Below, piece after piece: positions 9,524 to 19,267 of a stretch of DNA of 64,000 nt. The first letter of the stretch is position 1. Each line of letters opens with the position of its first letter. Location of the stretch: assembly GCA_017450605.1 (NCBI GenBank), contig JAFSTG010000044.1, forward strand, positions 3,130-67,129, given 5' to 3'. This DNA comes from Paludibacteraceae bacterium (GTDB lineage: Bacteria; Bacteroidota; Bacteroidia; Bacteroidales; Paludibacteraceae). The notes below the pieces were generated by a model. It was given only the letters and a program-made list of their open reading frames with translations. It did no database searches and was not told the origin of the DNA. The position numbers and the translations under genes were made by a program.

Positions 9524-10429
9524 ATGTCTCGTAATTCGTATTTTTCATCTCTTCCTCCGGCAACTAAGTATCTTTTGCTTGTAAATGTTGTAGTTCTGCT
9601 TATCGACTATGTATTTCGTTCGATGCATATACAGTTGTCGATGATATTTGGAATGTTTAATTTTGGTAGTCCGTATCTGCATTTCTGGCAACCATTCACT
9701 TACATGTTCATGCATGCCGATTTTTGGCATTTGTTCTGCAACATGTTTGCTGTTTTCATGTTTGCCCCTGCACTTGAGCACCGATGGGGAACAAAGCGTT
9801 TTTTAATATACTATTTGGTATGTGGAGTAGGTGCCGGTTTGGTTCAGCAATTGGTTTGGTATCTTATGGGCACAACAGGTCTGACAGTGGGCGCAAGTGG
9901 AGCGGTATTTGGTGTGTTGTTCGCCTTTGGTTGGCTGTTCCCGGAAGTTGAGTTGTTCCTTATGTTTATTCCAATACCAATCAGAGCACGTATATTTGTT
10001 ATTCTTTATGCCTTGCTCGAATTATGGCAAGGAGTAGCGCATACAGCGGGCGACAATGTGGCACATTTTGCACATCTTGGCGGTATGTTGTTCGGCTGGT
10101 TGCTTATCCTTTATTGGAACAGACGGGGTTATACAGGGGCTGCCAAAGCAGAATTCAAGACAGACTTCACAGAGCGCATAAAAGACTGGTGGAATAACCT
10201 TAAATTGCATTTTAGCAGTAAAAAGCAGAAAGGACGCTTCGATGGTTATCATTATAAAGATCCGATCAGTAACACTGCAAGCGAAAACTCTGATAATGCA
10301 CAGGGTTATATGGGAAATAATGAAAAGACTGATAACGACGAACTTAACCGTATACTTGATAAGGTAAAATTGCATGGCTATTCGTCGCTTACCGACGAAG
10401 AAAAGGCAAAGCTATTCCGTAGAAACTGA
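9524..10429 (+). CDS. rhomboid family intramembrane serine protease
   Basis: 301 aa. Multi-TM core with GASGAVFG (catalytic Ser) and FAHLGGMLFG (catalytic His). The hydrophilic C-terminal tail ends in a SHOCT-like LTDEEKAKLF segment. Confidence 0.8.
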   Translation: MSRNSYFSSLPPATKYLLLVNVVVLLIDYVFRSMHIQLSMIFGMFNFGSPYLHFWQPFTYMFMHADFWHLFCNMFAVFMFAPALEHRWGTKRFLIYYLVCGVGAGLVQQLVWYLMGTTGLTVGASGAVFGVLFAFGWLFPEVELFLMFIPIPIRARIFVILYALLELWQGVAHTAGDNVAHFAHLGGMLFGWLLILYWNRRGYTGAAKAEFKTDFTERIKDWWNNLKLHFSSKKQKGRFDGYHYKDPISNTASENSDNAQGYMGNNEKTDNDELNRILDKVKLHGYSSLTDEEKAKLFRRN

Positions 10430-10460
10430 TAATTAACCTTATTTAGAGCATACACTAAAT

Positions 10461-11543
10461 ATGATTTTGCGATTTTTGATACGAACTATGATGTTGCTAA
10501 TCACGATAGTGACTTTTGTGGCATTGTGCTTGGCAGCATTGTCGCCATATATCGACCCGGTCAGTTTCTCGTGGTTCGCTTTTTTAGGTTTGGGTTTTGA
10601 GTGGTTGCTTCTGCTAAATCTTATTTCGTGTGTGTTATGGCTATTTACTCATCATCGTGCTCGTGCCTTTTTCCCGTTGACAGCGATACTTCTTTCTTTG
10701 CCATCTATATTTAATACTATTAGTTTTGGCAAATCGCATATTCCTGCCGATGTAGGTCATCATTTATCGCTTCTCACTTATAACACACACCAGCTTGGCG
10801 AAGTGCGCTCGCCGGAATCAAAAGATAATGCTCTGTTGCAATATATAAAGCAGACCGATGCCGATATAGTATGTTTGCAGGAATTTGAGACTTATAAGAA
10901 TGGTGCTAAAGCTCCTACGCTTCAGAATGTAAAAGATTATCTTGATTACCCTTACCATTATATCGACTATAAAGTTTATAAGGGTAATCGTCAGTATGGT
11001 ACTGCAGTGTTCTCCAAGTATCCGTTGCTTGAGAAGCGTACTCTGCGTTACGAATCGGCAACTAATCAGTCAGACTTATGCCTTGTGGTTGTTTCTGGTG
11101 ACACACTGTGTCTTATCAATAACCATCTGCAATCGATTCGTTTCAACAAAGACAATCTCACTGTTTCGCAGAATGTTGGAACAGAGGAACTGAAAGAAAA
11201 GACAAAAGGTATTATAGGAAAGATGCGAATAGCTTATAAGTATCGTGCTCCTCAGGCAAGATTCATAAGCGATGAGATTAAGAGTTCAAAGTATAAGACT
11301 ATCGTATGCGGCGATTTTAACGATACCCCAGTGTCATATACATACCGAAAAGTGAGTAGCAATATGCGCGATTGTTATCTTGAGGCAGCACCGTTCTCTC
11401 TCGGGCACACTTTCATGCATAGGCACTTAGGAATCAGAATCGACTATGTTCTCTGCACAAAAGAGATATATGCGACATCTGCCATTGTCCCCCATGTTAA
11501 TTATTCCGACCATTATCCATTGCTCGTAGAGCTTGCTTGGTAA
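10461..11543 (+). CDS. endonuclease/exonuclease/phosphatase (EEP) family membrane protein
   Basis: 360 aa. N-terminal TM helices are followed by EEP-type motifs (LLTYNTH, DIVCLQE, CGDFND, SDHYPL). Confidence 0.7.
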   Translation: MILRFLIRTMMLLITIVTFVALCLAALSPYIDPVSFSWFAFLGLGFEWLLLLNLISCVLWLFTHHRARAFFPLTAILLSLPSIFNTISFGKSHIPADVGHHLSLLTYNTHQLGEVRSPESKDNALLQYIKQTDADIVCLQEFETYKNGAKAPTLQNVKDYLDYPYHYIDYKVYKGNRQYGTAVFSKYPLLEKRTLRYESATNQSDLCLVVVSGDTLCLINNHLQSIRFNKDNLTVSQNVGTEELKEKTKGIIGKMRIAYKYRAPQARFISDEIKSSKYKTIVCGDFNDTPVSYTYRKVSSNMRDCYLEAAPFSLGHTFMHRHLGIRIDYVLCTKEIYATSAIVPHVNYSDHYPLLVELAW

Positions 11544-11590
11544 CTGGTGCTCTGAACGTTCTCACTTTAACCGACAAAGAGAGATATTTA

Positions 11591-13375
11591 TCAGAATGTC
11601 CAACTTATGCCTGCAATATAATTGATACCTTGTGATTGGTAGCCGTAGTAGAGGTCGTGTTTGCGGTGGAGGTAATTGTTGAGTTGGAAATAAGCTGAGA
11701 GCCAACGGTTGAAGTTATATTGTACACCCAAGTTAAGGTCGATAATGGGTTTGAAATGAACGACATTGAAGTTGCTCAGTTTGTCGTGTGCAAGAGCAGT
11801 GGCAATAGGTGCCAAGGCATAGTTGCCTCCGCGGAAGTAGTTGGCTGAGTAGAGCGAAATCTTACGATTTATCTTGGCGTCAATACGTAGGTTAATAGCC
11901 CAAGGTTCGCGGTCGATGATACTGCCCTTTTTCAATCCCAGCGAATAGATATCGGCATCGAAGAAAGGCAGGTCGCTTTTCATTTTCCTAACGTTATAGT
12001 ATCCGTTAAGGTCGATACTTACTATATCTTGATAGTGGTAGTAGAGCCGTGCTCCAATTTTCCAACAGTCGTGGTCGGCACCGGTGAGGTTGAAGAATCC
12101 GTTTTTGTCGGGCAGGAGGAATACATCGTATTTAGTGAGTATATAGTGCGCGTAAATATCGATACGTAAATCGGGATGTGGTCTCATTTTAAGTCCGAGG
12201 AATCCGTCAACGGGTAGATAAGTGCGGTTTCGGTGAGTTGCTATTTCGTTTTCGGCATGCACATATCGCATTATGCGGAAATGGTCTCTTACGGAACTCG
12301 TCTGCCAATCGCCAACAGCTCCACCATATAGAGCCATCCAGTCTTCGGTGAGTTTAGCTTCGAACGTAACATTTGGTGAAGGTAAGAATAATTTATCTTT
12401 GCCGGTGCAGAAATCGAGGTTAACGCCGGCATGTATGCTAAATCTTTTACCGTCGTATTGATAGTATGGCTCGGCTTTGATGGCATGGTAGTCGCTTTTA
12501 ACGGTATCGCCGATGGCTATATTATTGTTGCTCCATTGGAATCCTCTCATATCGGCTTGATAGAGATGGTTCTGCACGAGAGCATCTAAGCCGATGTGAT
12601 GTCCGTTACGCTGCCATTCGAAGAATGCCTCTGAGTTGACAATATGCTCTACATATCCTTGTTTCATTATAAAGGCTTCGTAGCCTGTTTGTACTTTATA
12701 CTTGATATCTTTGCCGGGTAGCGAACGCACTCCTATGCGAGTGAATATCTCCCATTGGCTATCCTTGTCGTCGGTAGCAAGCTCGCTATAGCCTTTAATA
12801 GAGAATGAGCCTTTCATATTGGCAAGATTGTCGTAGTTGAAATAGCGGCCGTAGCGTGTGAAATAGATATTATTGGCATTGACGGCGAAATAAAGGTTTG
12901 TGTTGGTGAAAAGTTTCGAAAAATCGAATCCCACACGTGTGTCGCTGACCGTTTTCAGTCCCCATTGTGCAAGGTGGTTGGCGCTTATATCGAGAATTAT
13001 ATCCTTGCGTTCGGTCAGGCGGTAAGCAAAATCGGCTTGCGTGTTGACATGTCCGAAGGCGCCACGAAGAAATCCACGCAATGGCTTGGCATGCGTGAAG
13101 TTGGTTTGTGCATAACCTAATTGATTAAAATTGAAGTCGGTGCTAAATACGGTATTACTATAGTCAGAATATTGTATGTCGGCTGATTCGTGTTTTATTT
13201 CAATCGATTCCGGTCGCACGTCAATCTTACCCGCACTTTGTATGGTAGGGGTGTATTCGCGTTCGATTGTAATACCTCGCTCGATATATGTCGAATCTTT
13301 TTGAGCTTGTGCTTGCAGCGAGCAAACGAGCACTAATGCCAAAACTATTATATTATTCTTCTTCATCGTTTTCAT
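11591..13375 (-). CDS. outer-membrane beta-barrel protein (putative porin-like), co-transcribed with TPR protein
   Basis: 594 aa with a signal peptide (...LVCSLQAQAQ), an aromatic-rich alternating pattern and a C-terminal ...AGISWTF. Its start overlaps the 3' end of the upstream TPR gene. Confidence 0.55.
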   Translation of the reverse strand: MKTMKKNNIIVLALVLVCSLQAQAQKDSTYIERGITIEREYTPTIQSAGKIDVRPESIEIKHESADIQYSDYSNTVFSTDFNFNQLGYAQTNFTHAKPLRGFLRGAFGHVNTQADFAYRLTERKDIILDISANHLAQWGLKTVSDTRVGFDFSKLFTNTNLYFAVNANNIYFTRYGRYFNYDNLANMKGSFSIKGYSELATDDKDSQWEIFTRIGVRSLPGKDIKYKVQTGYEAFIMKQGYVEHIVNSEAFFEWQRNGHHIGLDALVQNHLYQADMRGFQWSNNNIAIGDTVKSDYHAIKAEPYYQYDGKRFSIHAGVNLDFCTGKDKLFLPSPNVTFEAKLTEDWMALYGGAVGDWQTSSVRDHFRIMRYVHAENEIATHRNRTYLPVDGFLGLKMRPHPDLRIDIYAHYILTKYDVFLLPDKNGFFNLTGADHDCWKIGARLYYHYQDIVSIDLNGYYNVRKMKSDLPFFDADIYSLGLKKGSIIDREPWAINLRIDAKINRKISLYSANYFRGGNYALAPIATALAHDKLSNFNVVHFKPIIDLNLGVQYNFNRWLSAYFQLNNYLHRKHDLYYGYQSQGINYIAGISWTF

Positions 13376-16300
13376 TGTCTTCTTCGTTTGATTGTTTTTC
13401 TTTTTGTTCTATCAGGCTGAGTCGTTGCTTGATGATATCTTGTATTTCATCTTGCGGCTTATAATTGTTTTGCAGACTTAGCAAGTACTGTTTAGCTTGG
13501 AAGAGGTCATCTTTTTCGACGTAGATGTCAGATAGGAGAATAAAACTTTTAGCGAGCCAGAATTGGTGTGAAGTGTTGAGTTTGGCAAAATTCATTATTT
13601 CTTCTTCGGCTTTATCGGTTTGTTTGATGTCGAAGTAAATTTGCGCACACATATACTTGGCTTCAGCTCCTTCTGCCCGTCTTACATCGCTTGCCAAAAG
13701 TTGCAGGTCGGCGAGTGCAAGGTCGTTTTGGTGAAGGTTATAAAATGCTTTTCCTCTATTGTAGTGAGCTTCACGTATCACATCGTCGGAAGCGGTGTTG
13801 TCGTCGATTATCTCGGTGGAGATGTTGATAGTTGATTCATTATCGCCTGTGAGGTAACTGCAACGCAGCACACCGAGTCTTGCAACGTTGAGTTTATCTG
13901 ACGAAGAAGCGTTTTTCTGTAGCATTCGGAAATACTCGAGCGATGTTTTATAGTCTTTGTCATCGTATGTTATCTCTGCTGCTCTCAGACATGCTTCTTC
14001 CATGAACGGGTTGCCAGTCATTTGGCATAACTTCTTGTATTCCACTAATGCTTCATGGCGTTTGCCTAATCTATAGTAACTATCTGCGAGGTAGTATTGC
14101 GAATGTGTGCAGTAGCGTCCTCCTGTGCAGAATTTGCTTATATATGTATTGAATCCTTCTGCGGCCTCCTTGTAGTTGGCAAGCATGTATTGTCGTTCTG
14201 CTGTTATGTAGAGTAACGAATCTTCTTTGTTGGTTACCACCATTTTCGATTTGCCGAGAGTTTTAGTGTAAGCGACATAATCGGCAATGTTATTAGTCTC
14301 GACATACGCAGCTTGCAATCCATCGAGTGCAAGATATGCCTCTTCGCTTTGAGGATATTGTTTGATAACCTGTTTGTAGGCAACGATGGCTTCTTCTAAT
14401 TTTGACATATTGTAATATGTCATTGCTTTTTCAAGTGCAGCCTTTCGTGCCATATTGCTGTTGGGATAATCGGTGAGCAGACGGTCGTATGTTTTTACTG
14501 CCTCATCGTTTTTATCCTGCATAAGGAATGCTCGTGCTGTCTCGTAGAGTGCATCGTCGGCGTAATCGGAGCGGGGGTAGGTATTTACTAATCTCTCGAG
14601 TACATTTATCTTGTCGTTATAGCGTTTCAGCAGTCCAAGGGCATAGCCTCGCTGGAAGATAGCATAGTCGGCACCGGTGCTTCCTATGGCGATAACCTGC
14701 GAGTAACATTTCTCGGCCTTTGAGAAATCGCGTTCGTGGAAATGGCAGTCGCCAATCCTGTTGAGTGCATCTGCATAAGTGGCAGATGCTGGGTCGGCTT
14801 TGAGGATATATTCTGAAAATTCTTTTTGAGCTTCTTGATACGACTTCTCCGAGAAATAGATGTATCCCATCAGGTACTTAGAAGGCTCATAGTTGTTGCT
14901 CTTATCGGCATTTTTCTGCTTGCGATAGGTACTTACGTCGTTTTTTGCCTTGTCATAATCGCGCAACCGGTAGTAAGCTTCAGCACGCCAATAGTAACTC
15001 TCTGTTTTATAGTTCGACGAACCTTTGGTGTCGTTGATGACGGCAGTAAACAGGTCGATGGCTTTGGCGGTATTGCCTTGCTCGAATGCTTCAACGGCGA
15101 GCTGATATTGCAAGTAGTGTTTGGTTTCGACGATTTTTGGCGACGGGTTTTCTATTTGGCATATAGCATCGTATCCTGCTTGATAGTTTTTCGAGGAAAG
15201 GAAAACATCAGTCATTAGTGTCCAAACCTGCTCTTTGTGTTTCGACTCTGGGTATGCTTTCAGAAAGTCGGTGAAAGCTGTAATACTCTCTCCTAATGCC
15301 GACGACGATTGGTAGGTGGTTAAGGCATAATTGTACATTGCTTCTTCTTTAATGACAGGGTCGAAATCGTAGCGCATAGCGGCGGAGTATGCTACTTTTG
15401 CCAACTCGGTGTGGCCGAGTTTGACGTAAGCATTACCGGTGTTCATGCAGGTGTTCTGACTAAGTTCGTCGTTTGTTTTTTTTACTTTATTGAGCCAAAG
15501 AACCGCTTTCTCGTAGTCATGCATTTGAAAATACGACATGCCGAGCAAGTAGAGATCTTCGCGCAGCAATTGTTTGTTCTGTTTGGTAAACGACTCTTCG
15601 TAAGCAAGCAGATGTTGTTGAGCTTGTTCGTATTTGCCTTGTTGATAATAAATCTCGCCTAACATGCGGTGCAGTTCGCCGCTGTTTTCTGAGTCTTTTT
15701 CAATGGCGAGCAAGCGCTCGGCTCGAGCATAAACCTCGTCGTACTGCTTTTGCTGATAATAGATTTGCACTATATAATAAGGTACAATATCCTTATATAA
15801 TTCGCTATTCTCTATTCTTAAAAAGCCTGGTAATGCCTTGCCGTAGTTGCCAAGCAGGTATTGGCAAACCGAGTAGTAGTATTGTGCTTGAAGCTGATAG
15901 AGCGATTCTTGCTCTTTTAGACGGTAGAATAGTTGTGCTGCTTGTTGCAGTTCTTGCATTTCCAAGTGTGCGTATCCTTTGTAAAATAACAAAGTAGGTT
16001 GATGATCGCGCGACAATTCACTGATTTCTACCTTGTCGAAGTGCTTGTTGGCTTGTTTGAACTTACGCTTTTCGATGAGCAGAGTACCGAGCATAAAATG
16101 CACCTCCGACGAGTAGGTAGTGTATGGATAGGCAAGCAGATATCTGTCGAGAAGCTGTTGAGCATCGTTTTGCCTGAGTTCGAACGAGTTTGATGCAAGA
16201 AAAAACTGTGCTTTTTCAATATCTTGTGCCCCTCGCGATGCAATATACTGCATAAGCATATTTTGCGATGCAGCATAATGCTGCTGGTAGTAGAGGGTTA

Positions 16301-16424
16301 TACCTTCTTCCAATTTGCGCTCGCTATTGGTGTAAATACCTGTCTGTTGGGCAACAATCTGTCCTACGCATATAAGGGCAACTACAAAACTTAGTAGCCG
16401 CTTAAAACTCTTCTTTCGGTTCAT
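13353..16424 (-). CDS. large tetratricopeptide-repeat envelope protein (PorW/SprE-like possibility)
   Basis: About 1023 aa from the ATG at 16424 (MNRKKSFKRLLSFVVALICVGQ, a signal-like sequence). Repeated A..YY..G/Y..A TPR-type motifs run along its whole length, and the C-terminal tail is acidic. A -7 box at 16485-16492 supports this start over 16514. Confidence 0.65.
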   Translation of the reverse strand: MNRKKSFKRLLSFVVALICVGQIVAQQTGIYTNSERKLEEGITLYYQQHYAASQNMLMQYIASRGAQDIEKAQFFLASNSFELRQNDAQQLLDRYLLAYPYTTYSSEVHFMLGTLLIEKRKFKQANKHFDKVEISELSRDHQPTLLFYKGYAHLEMQELQQAAQLFYRLKEQESLYQLQAQYYYSVCQYLLGNYGKALPGFLRIENSELYKDIVPYYIVQIYYQQKQYDEVYARAERLLAIEKDSENSGELHRMLGEIYYQQGKYEQAQQHLLAYEESFTKQNKQLLREDLYLLGMSYFQMHDYEKAVLWLNKVKKTNDELSQNTCMNTGNAYVKLGHTELAKVAYSAAMRYDFDPVIKEEAMYNYALTTYQSSSALGESITAFTDFLKAYPESKHKEQVWTLMTDVFLSSKNYQAGYDAICQIENPSPKIVETKHYLQYQLAVEAFEQGNTAKAIDLFTAVINDTKGSSNYKTESYYWRAEAYYRLRDYDKAKNDVSTYRKQKNADKSNNYEPSKYLMGYIYFSEKSYQEAQKEFSEYILKADPASATYADALNRIGDCHFHERDFSKAEKCYSQVIAIGSTGADYAIFQRGYALGLLKRYNDKINVLERLVNTYPRSDYADDALYETARAFLMQDKNDEAVKTYDRLLTDYPNSNMARKAALEKAMTYYNMSKLEEAIVAYKQVIKQYPQSEEAYLALDGLQAAYVETNNIADYVAYTKTLGKSKMVVTNKEDSLLYITAERQYMLANYKEAAEGFNTYISKFCTGGRYCTHSQYYLADSYYRLGKRHEALVEYKKLCQMTGNPFMEEACLRAAEITYDDKDYKTSLEYFRMLQKNASSSDKLNVARLGVLRCSYLTGDNESTINISTEIIDDNTASDDVIREAHYNRGKAFYNLHQNDLALADLQLLASDVRRAEGAEAKYMCAQIYFDIKQTDKAEEEIMNFAKLNTSHQFWLAKSFILLSDIYVEKDDLFQAKQYLLSLQNNYKPQDEIQDIIKQRLSLIEQKEKQSNEEDNENDEEE

Positions 16425-16484
16425 TGCAATGTATGTCTGAATGTAAATACGATACATGTCTACTATCGGCACCATATCAGCCGA

Positions 16485-16492
16485 CAAAGTTA
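16485..16492 (-). promoter_or_regulatory. -7 box TAACTTTG (minus strand) upstream of TPR gene
   Basis: The reverse complement of caaagtta matches TAnnTTTG, 61 nt upstream of the ATG at 16424. Confidence 0.45.
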
Positions 16493-16562
16493 CTAAATTA
16501 TTTTGAAATAGCAAATAATTAAAACACTTCTAAAAAATCCTCACTGCGGGATTGTATTGTTA

Positions 16563-16598
16563 ACAAAGAAGCAGACCTACAGGGGTCTGCTTCTTTGT
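16563..16598. terminator. intrinsic terminator hairpin after the GldJ-like gene
   Basis: A perfect 15-bp inverted repeat, acaaagaagcagacc / ggtctgcttctttgt, with a 6-nt loop. T-rich sequence follows on both strands. Confidence 0.65.
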
Positions 16599-16637
16599 AT
16601 CTCATGAAGGCCTCGAGCCGATTTCAAGTTGATAGGG

Positions 16638-18227
16638 TTATTGAACGGCAGTTGGAATCTGGTCTCCGAGGGTTGACATTGCGCAGCGGAAGCCGATTGT
16701 GCAACTCGACTTGTCCTGATCAAGATAGCGGCGGGTAGAAGGATTCAGCCAATAGATTCTGTCGTTCCACGAACCGCCTTTATACACGCGCGTGTTCTTT
16801 GTTATCTTTGGTGCAAGAATATCTGTCGGGTCGAGTTTGGCTACCGACAACTCTCCCAAGCCAATAGTGTCGATAGGATATTCGGTAGGAATACGCGAAG
16901 CCTTATCGCCATCTTTATAGTCGCGTACGTCATCACTGCTTGTCCACTCAATAGCTAAACGACCCAGAGAGTCAACTTCATAGCTGCCGTTGACAAGTTT
17001 TGCACGCGAGAATATATTACCACGGAAAGAGTTGTATTCGGAAATTTCCTGGAAACTTGTTTCCCTGTAAACATCCAAAACCCATTCGTTTACGTTACCT
17101 GCCATATTATAGAGTCCGAAATCGTTAGGCATGAATGCATCAACAGGTGCGGTGATAACATATTTATCGTTCAGTGCACCGCTTACACCCATCATATCAC
17201 CTCGGCCTCTAATGAAGTTGGCTTGCAACTGTCCTCTTTGTTTCTCGGTGAGGTTACGCGGGTGATAACCTGACCATGGATAAACTTTGCCTTCGATGGT
17301 GAGTCCGTCGTCGCCGGCTACAGGAGCAAATGCTGCAAACTCCCATTCAGCCTCGGTTGGAAGGCGGTAACCTACAACTAACAATCCGTCGGAACGGTCA
17401 ATCTTGCGTTCTCCTCCATAAGAGTTCAATTTCGGGTGCTTGCCAGCTTCGGGTAGATAGTCGCTAACAAGCAAGTACTTATCGGTATTGAAGACGAACT
17501 TGTCGCGAATGTATTCATAACTCGGGCGATACATTGAGATGGTGTTCGACGGGTCTTCGGGGTCGGGTACTTCCCACTCGTCCATAGTGTAACCAGTCAT
17601 TGCTTCCCATTCTTCTTTATATGCTTCATCATCGGTCGGCGTAAGCTCTGAGAAAACAGGGAAATTAATAATACCAGCTCTAACCAAAGCCAATTCGTTA
17701 ACACGGTCGGTACGCCATTGGCAATAGTTCATTGCTTGTTCCCATGATATACCTACTACAGGATAGAAAGAGAAAGCAGGATGACGGAAATAATTTTCAA
17801 GGTAAGGCTCGTTGTATGCCAACTCAGAGCGCCAAACGGTGGTATCGGGTAAAACAGCGTCAACAAGTTCGGGAACACTCGGACCAAACACTAATTTCAT
17901 CCAATGCAGATACTCACGCCAGTTAAGGTTCGTTACTTCATACTTATCCATGTAGAATGAACTAACGGTTACTGCACGCTGAGGATTATTGCGCGGAGCA
18001 GTGATAAATTCGTCTTTCTCACCCATGGTGAAAGTACCACCCTGTATGGCAATCATTCCGACCGGATTGACATTGCCGACACCCTCAAGTGCCTCAAAAT
18101 TAGTGGTACGCTCATCAAAATAGTTCCAACCGGTGGTGTTGGAAACACGAGTGTTAAGTTCTCTCTTCGCGCATGCCGAAAATACAACAATCAGCGAAAA
18201 TAATGCTACGATTCTTGATGTTTTCAT
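16638..18227 (-). CDS. SUMF1/FGE-domain lipoprotein, GldJ/GldK(PorK)-like (gliding/T9SS family)
   Basis: 529 aa. Lipoprotein signal MKTSRIVALFSLIVVFSAC. FGE-sulfatase-type motifs are present (VTNLNWREY, YRLPTEAEWEFAA, NMAGNVNEW, YKGGSW, GFRC). No porLMN genes lie downstream, so it is closer to GldJ than to PorK. Confidence 0.6.
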   Translation of the reverse strand: MKTSRIVALFSLIVVFSACAKRELNTRVSNTTGWNYFDERTTNFEALEGVGNVNPVGMIAIQGGTFTMGEKDEFITAPRNNPQRAVTVSSFYMDKYEVTNLNWREYLHWMKLVFGPSVPELVDAVLPDTTVWRSELAYNEPYLENYFRHPAFSFYPVVGISWEQAMNYCQWRTDRVNELALVRAGIINFPVFSELTPTDDEAYKEEWEAMTGYTMDEWEVPDPEDPSNTISMYRPSYEYIRDKFVFNTDKYLLVSDYLPEAGKHPKLNSYGGERKIDRSDGLLVVGYRLPTEAEWEFAAFAPVAGDDGLTIEGKVYPWSGYHPRNLTEKQRGQLQANFIRGRGDMMGVSGALNDKYVITAPVDAFMPNDFGLYNMAGNVNEWVLDVYRETSFQEISEYNSFRGNIFSRAKLVNGSYEVDSLGRLAIEWTSSDDVRDYKDGDKASRIPTEYPIDTIGLGELSVAKLDPTDILAPKITKNTRVYKGGSWNDRIYWLNPSTRRYLDQDKSSCTIGFRCAMSTLGDQIPTAVQ

Positions 18228-18284
18228 AATATGGTTTTCGTTTTTTTACTAACTGATATTTGATAGTACACTACAATCAGCTCG

Positions 18285-18292
18285 CAAAAATA
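18285..18292 (-). promoter_or_regulatory. -7 box TATTTTTG (minus strand) upstream of GldJ-like gene
   Basis: The reverse complement of caaaaata matches TAnnTTTG, 58 nt upstream of the ATG at 18227. Confidence 0.45.
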
Positions 18293-18460
18293 CAATTTTT
18301 TTTGTAATTAATCTAATGTTTACTGCAAAAAGTGAAAAAAAAGTTGATTTTTCTCATTAATAGTCCCTTTTTTGACTCCGTAAAATAAGTTATAGGGGTG
18401 CTAAAATGTAATTTTTTTCATTTTTTTTGCATTTTGCTGAAAAATCAGTACTTTTGCAAA

Positions 18461-19267
18461 ATGTTTTTAAAATTGGGTAATAAGCTATGTGAATTTCGTC
18501 GTCCGGTTGTGATGGGGATACTTAACGCGACCGACGATAGTTTCTATGGTGCTTCGCGAGCTTCAACTGCTGAAGATTTACTAAGGTCGTTGAGAGTGGC
18601 GATAGCGCAAGGAGCTGATATTATTGATGTGGGGGCGTGTTCTACGCGCCCGGGCAGCGAGCCTGTGAGCGTTGAGAAAGAGACTGAGAGACTTGGTTTT
18701 GCATTAAATATTATCCGTAACGAGAACACAACGGTACCGCTCTCTGTGGATACCTTTCGCGCCGAGATGGTGGTGATATGTGCACAATACGGAGTGGATA
18801 TAATAAATGACATATCGGGTGGCAACGAAGAGATGTTCACTAAGGTGGCGCAATACGATATGGGTTATGTGCTGACTCACAATGATGTGTATGCGGACGA
18901 TGCTAAAGTGATTGATTATTTTCAAAGACGCATAGACAAACTGAATAAAGCAGGGGTGAAAGATGTGATAATCGATCCCGGATTCGGATTTAATAAAGAT
19001 GTGGCAGACAATTATCGTATGCTTGGACTCTTGCCTCTGCTAAAAGAGATGTCTGGCTTGCCTGTGTTGGTGGGGATGTCTCGCAAATCGATGATTTATA
19101 AAGTGCTTGGTGGTTCTCCTGATGAAGCCTTGGCCGGTACGATTACTGCTCAAACTCTTGCCCTCGACCGTGGAGCTGATATAATTCGTGTTCACGACGT
19201 GAAAGAAGCGGTGGATACCGTTAAGATATTTATGGCGATGCATAACTCAAAAGATATAAGGAAATAA
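18461..19267 (+). CDS. folP: dihydropteroate synthase
   Basis: Pterin-binding motifs MGILNATDDSFY, DIIDVGACSTRPG, DPGFGF and MSRKS. The ATG at 18461 is preferred over 18398, but the start remains uncertain because a TACTTTTG box sits only 5 nt upstream. Confidence 0.85.
   Translation: MFLKLGNKLCEFRRPVVMGILNATDDSFYGASRASTAEDLLRSLRVAIAQGADIIDVGACSTRPGSEPVSVEKETERLGFALNIIRNENTTVPLSVDTFRAEMVVICAQYGVDIINDISGGNEEMFTKVAQYDMGYVLTHNDVYADDAKVIDYFQRRIDKLNKAGVKDVIIDPGFGFNKDVADNYRMLGLLPLLKEMSGLPVLVGMSRKSMIYKVLGGSPDEALAGTITAQTLALDRGADIIRVHDVKEAVDTVKIFMAMHNSKDIRK

Noticed and set aside
16425-16514. Longer N-terminal extensions of the TPR gene (to 16514), the HU gene (to 9348), the MTHFS gene (to 7514), folP (from 18398) and the 33244 ORF
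   Set aside because: The extensions are non-conserved-looking and run over TAnnTTTG promoter boxes or AT-rich intergenic DNA. Internal ATGs give canonical N-termini or signal peptides.
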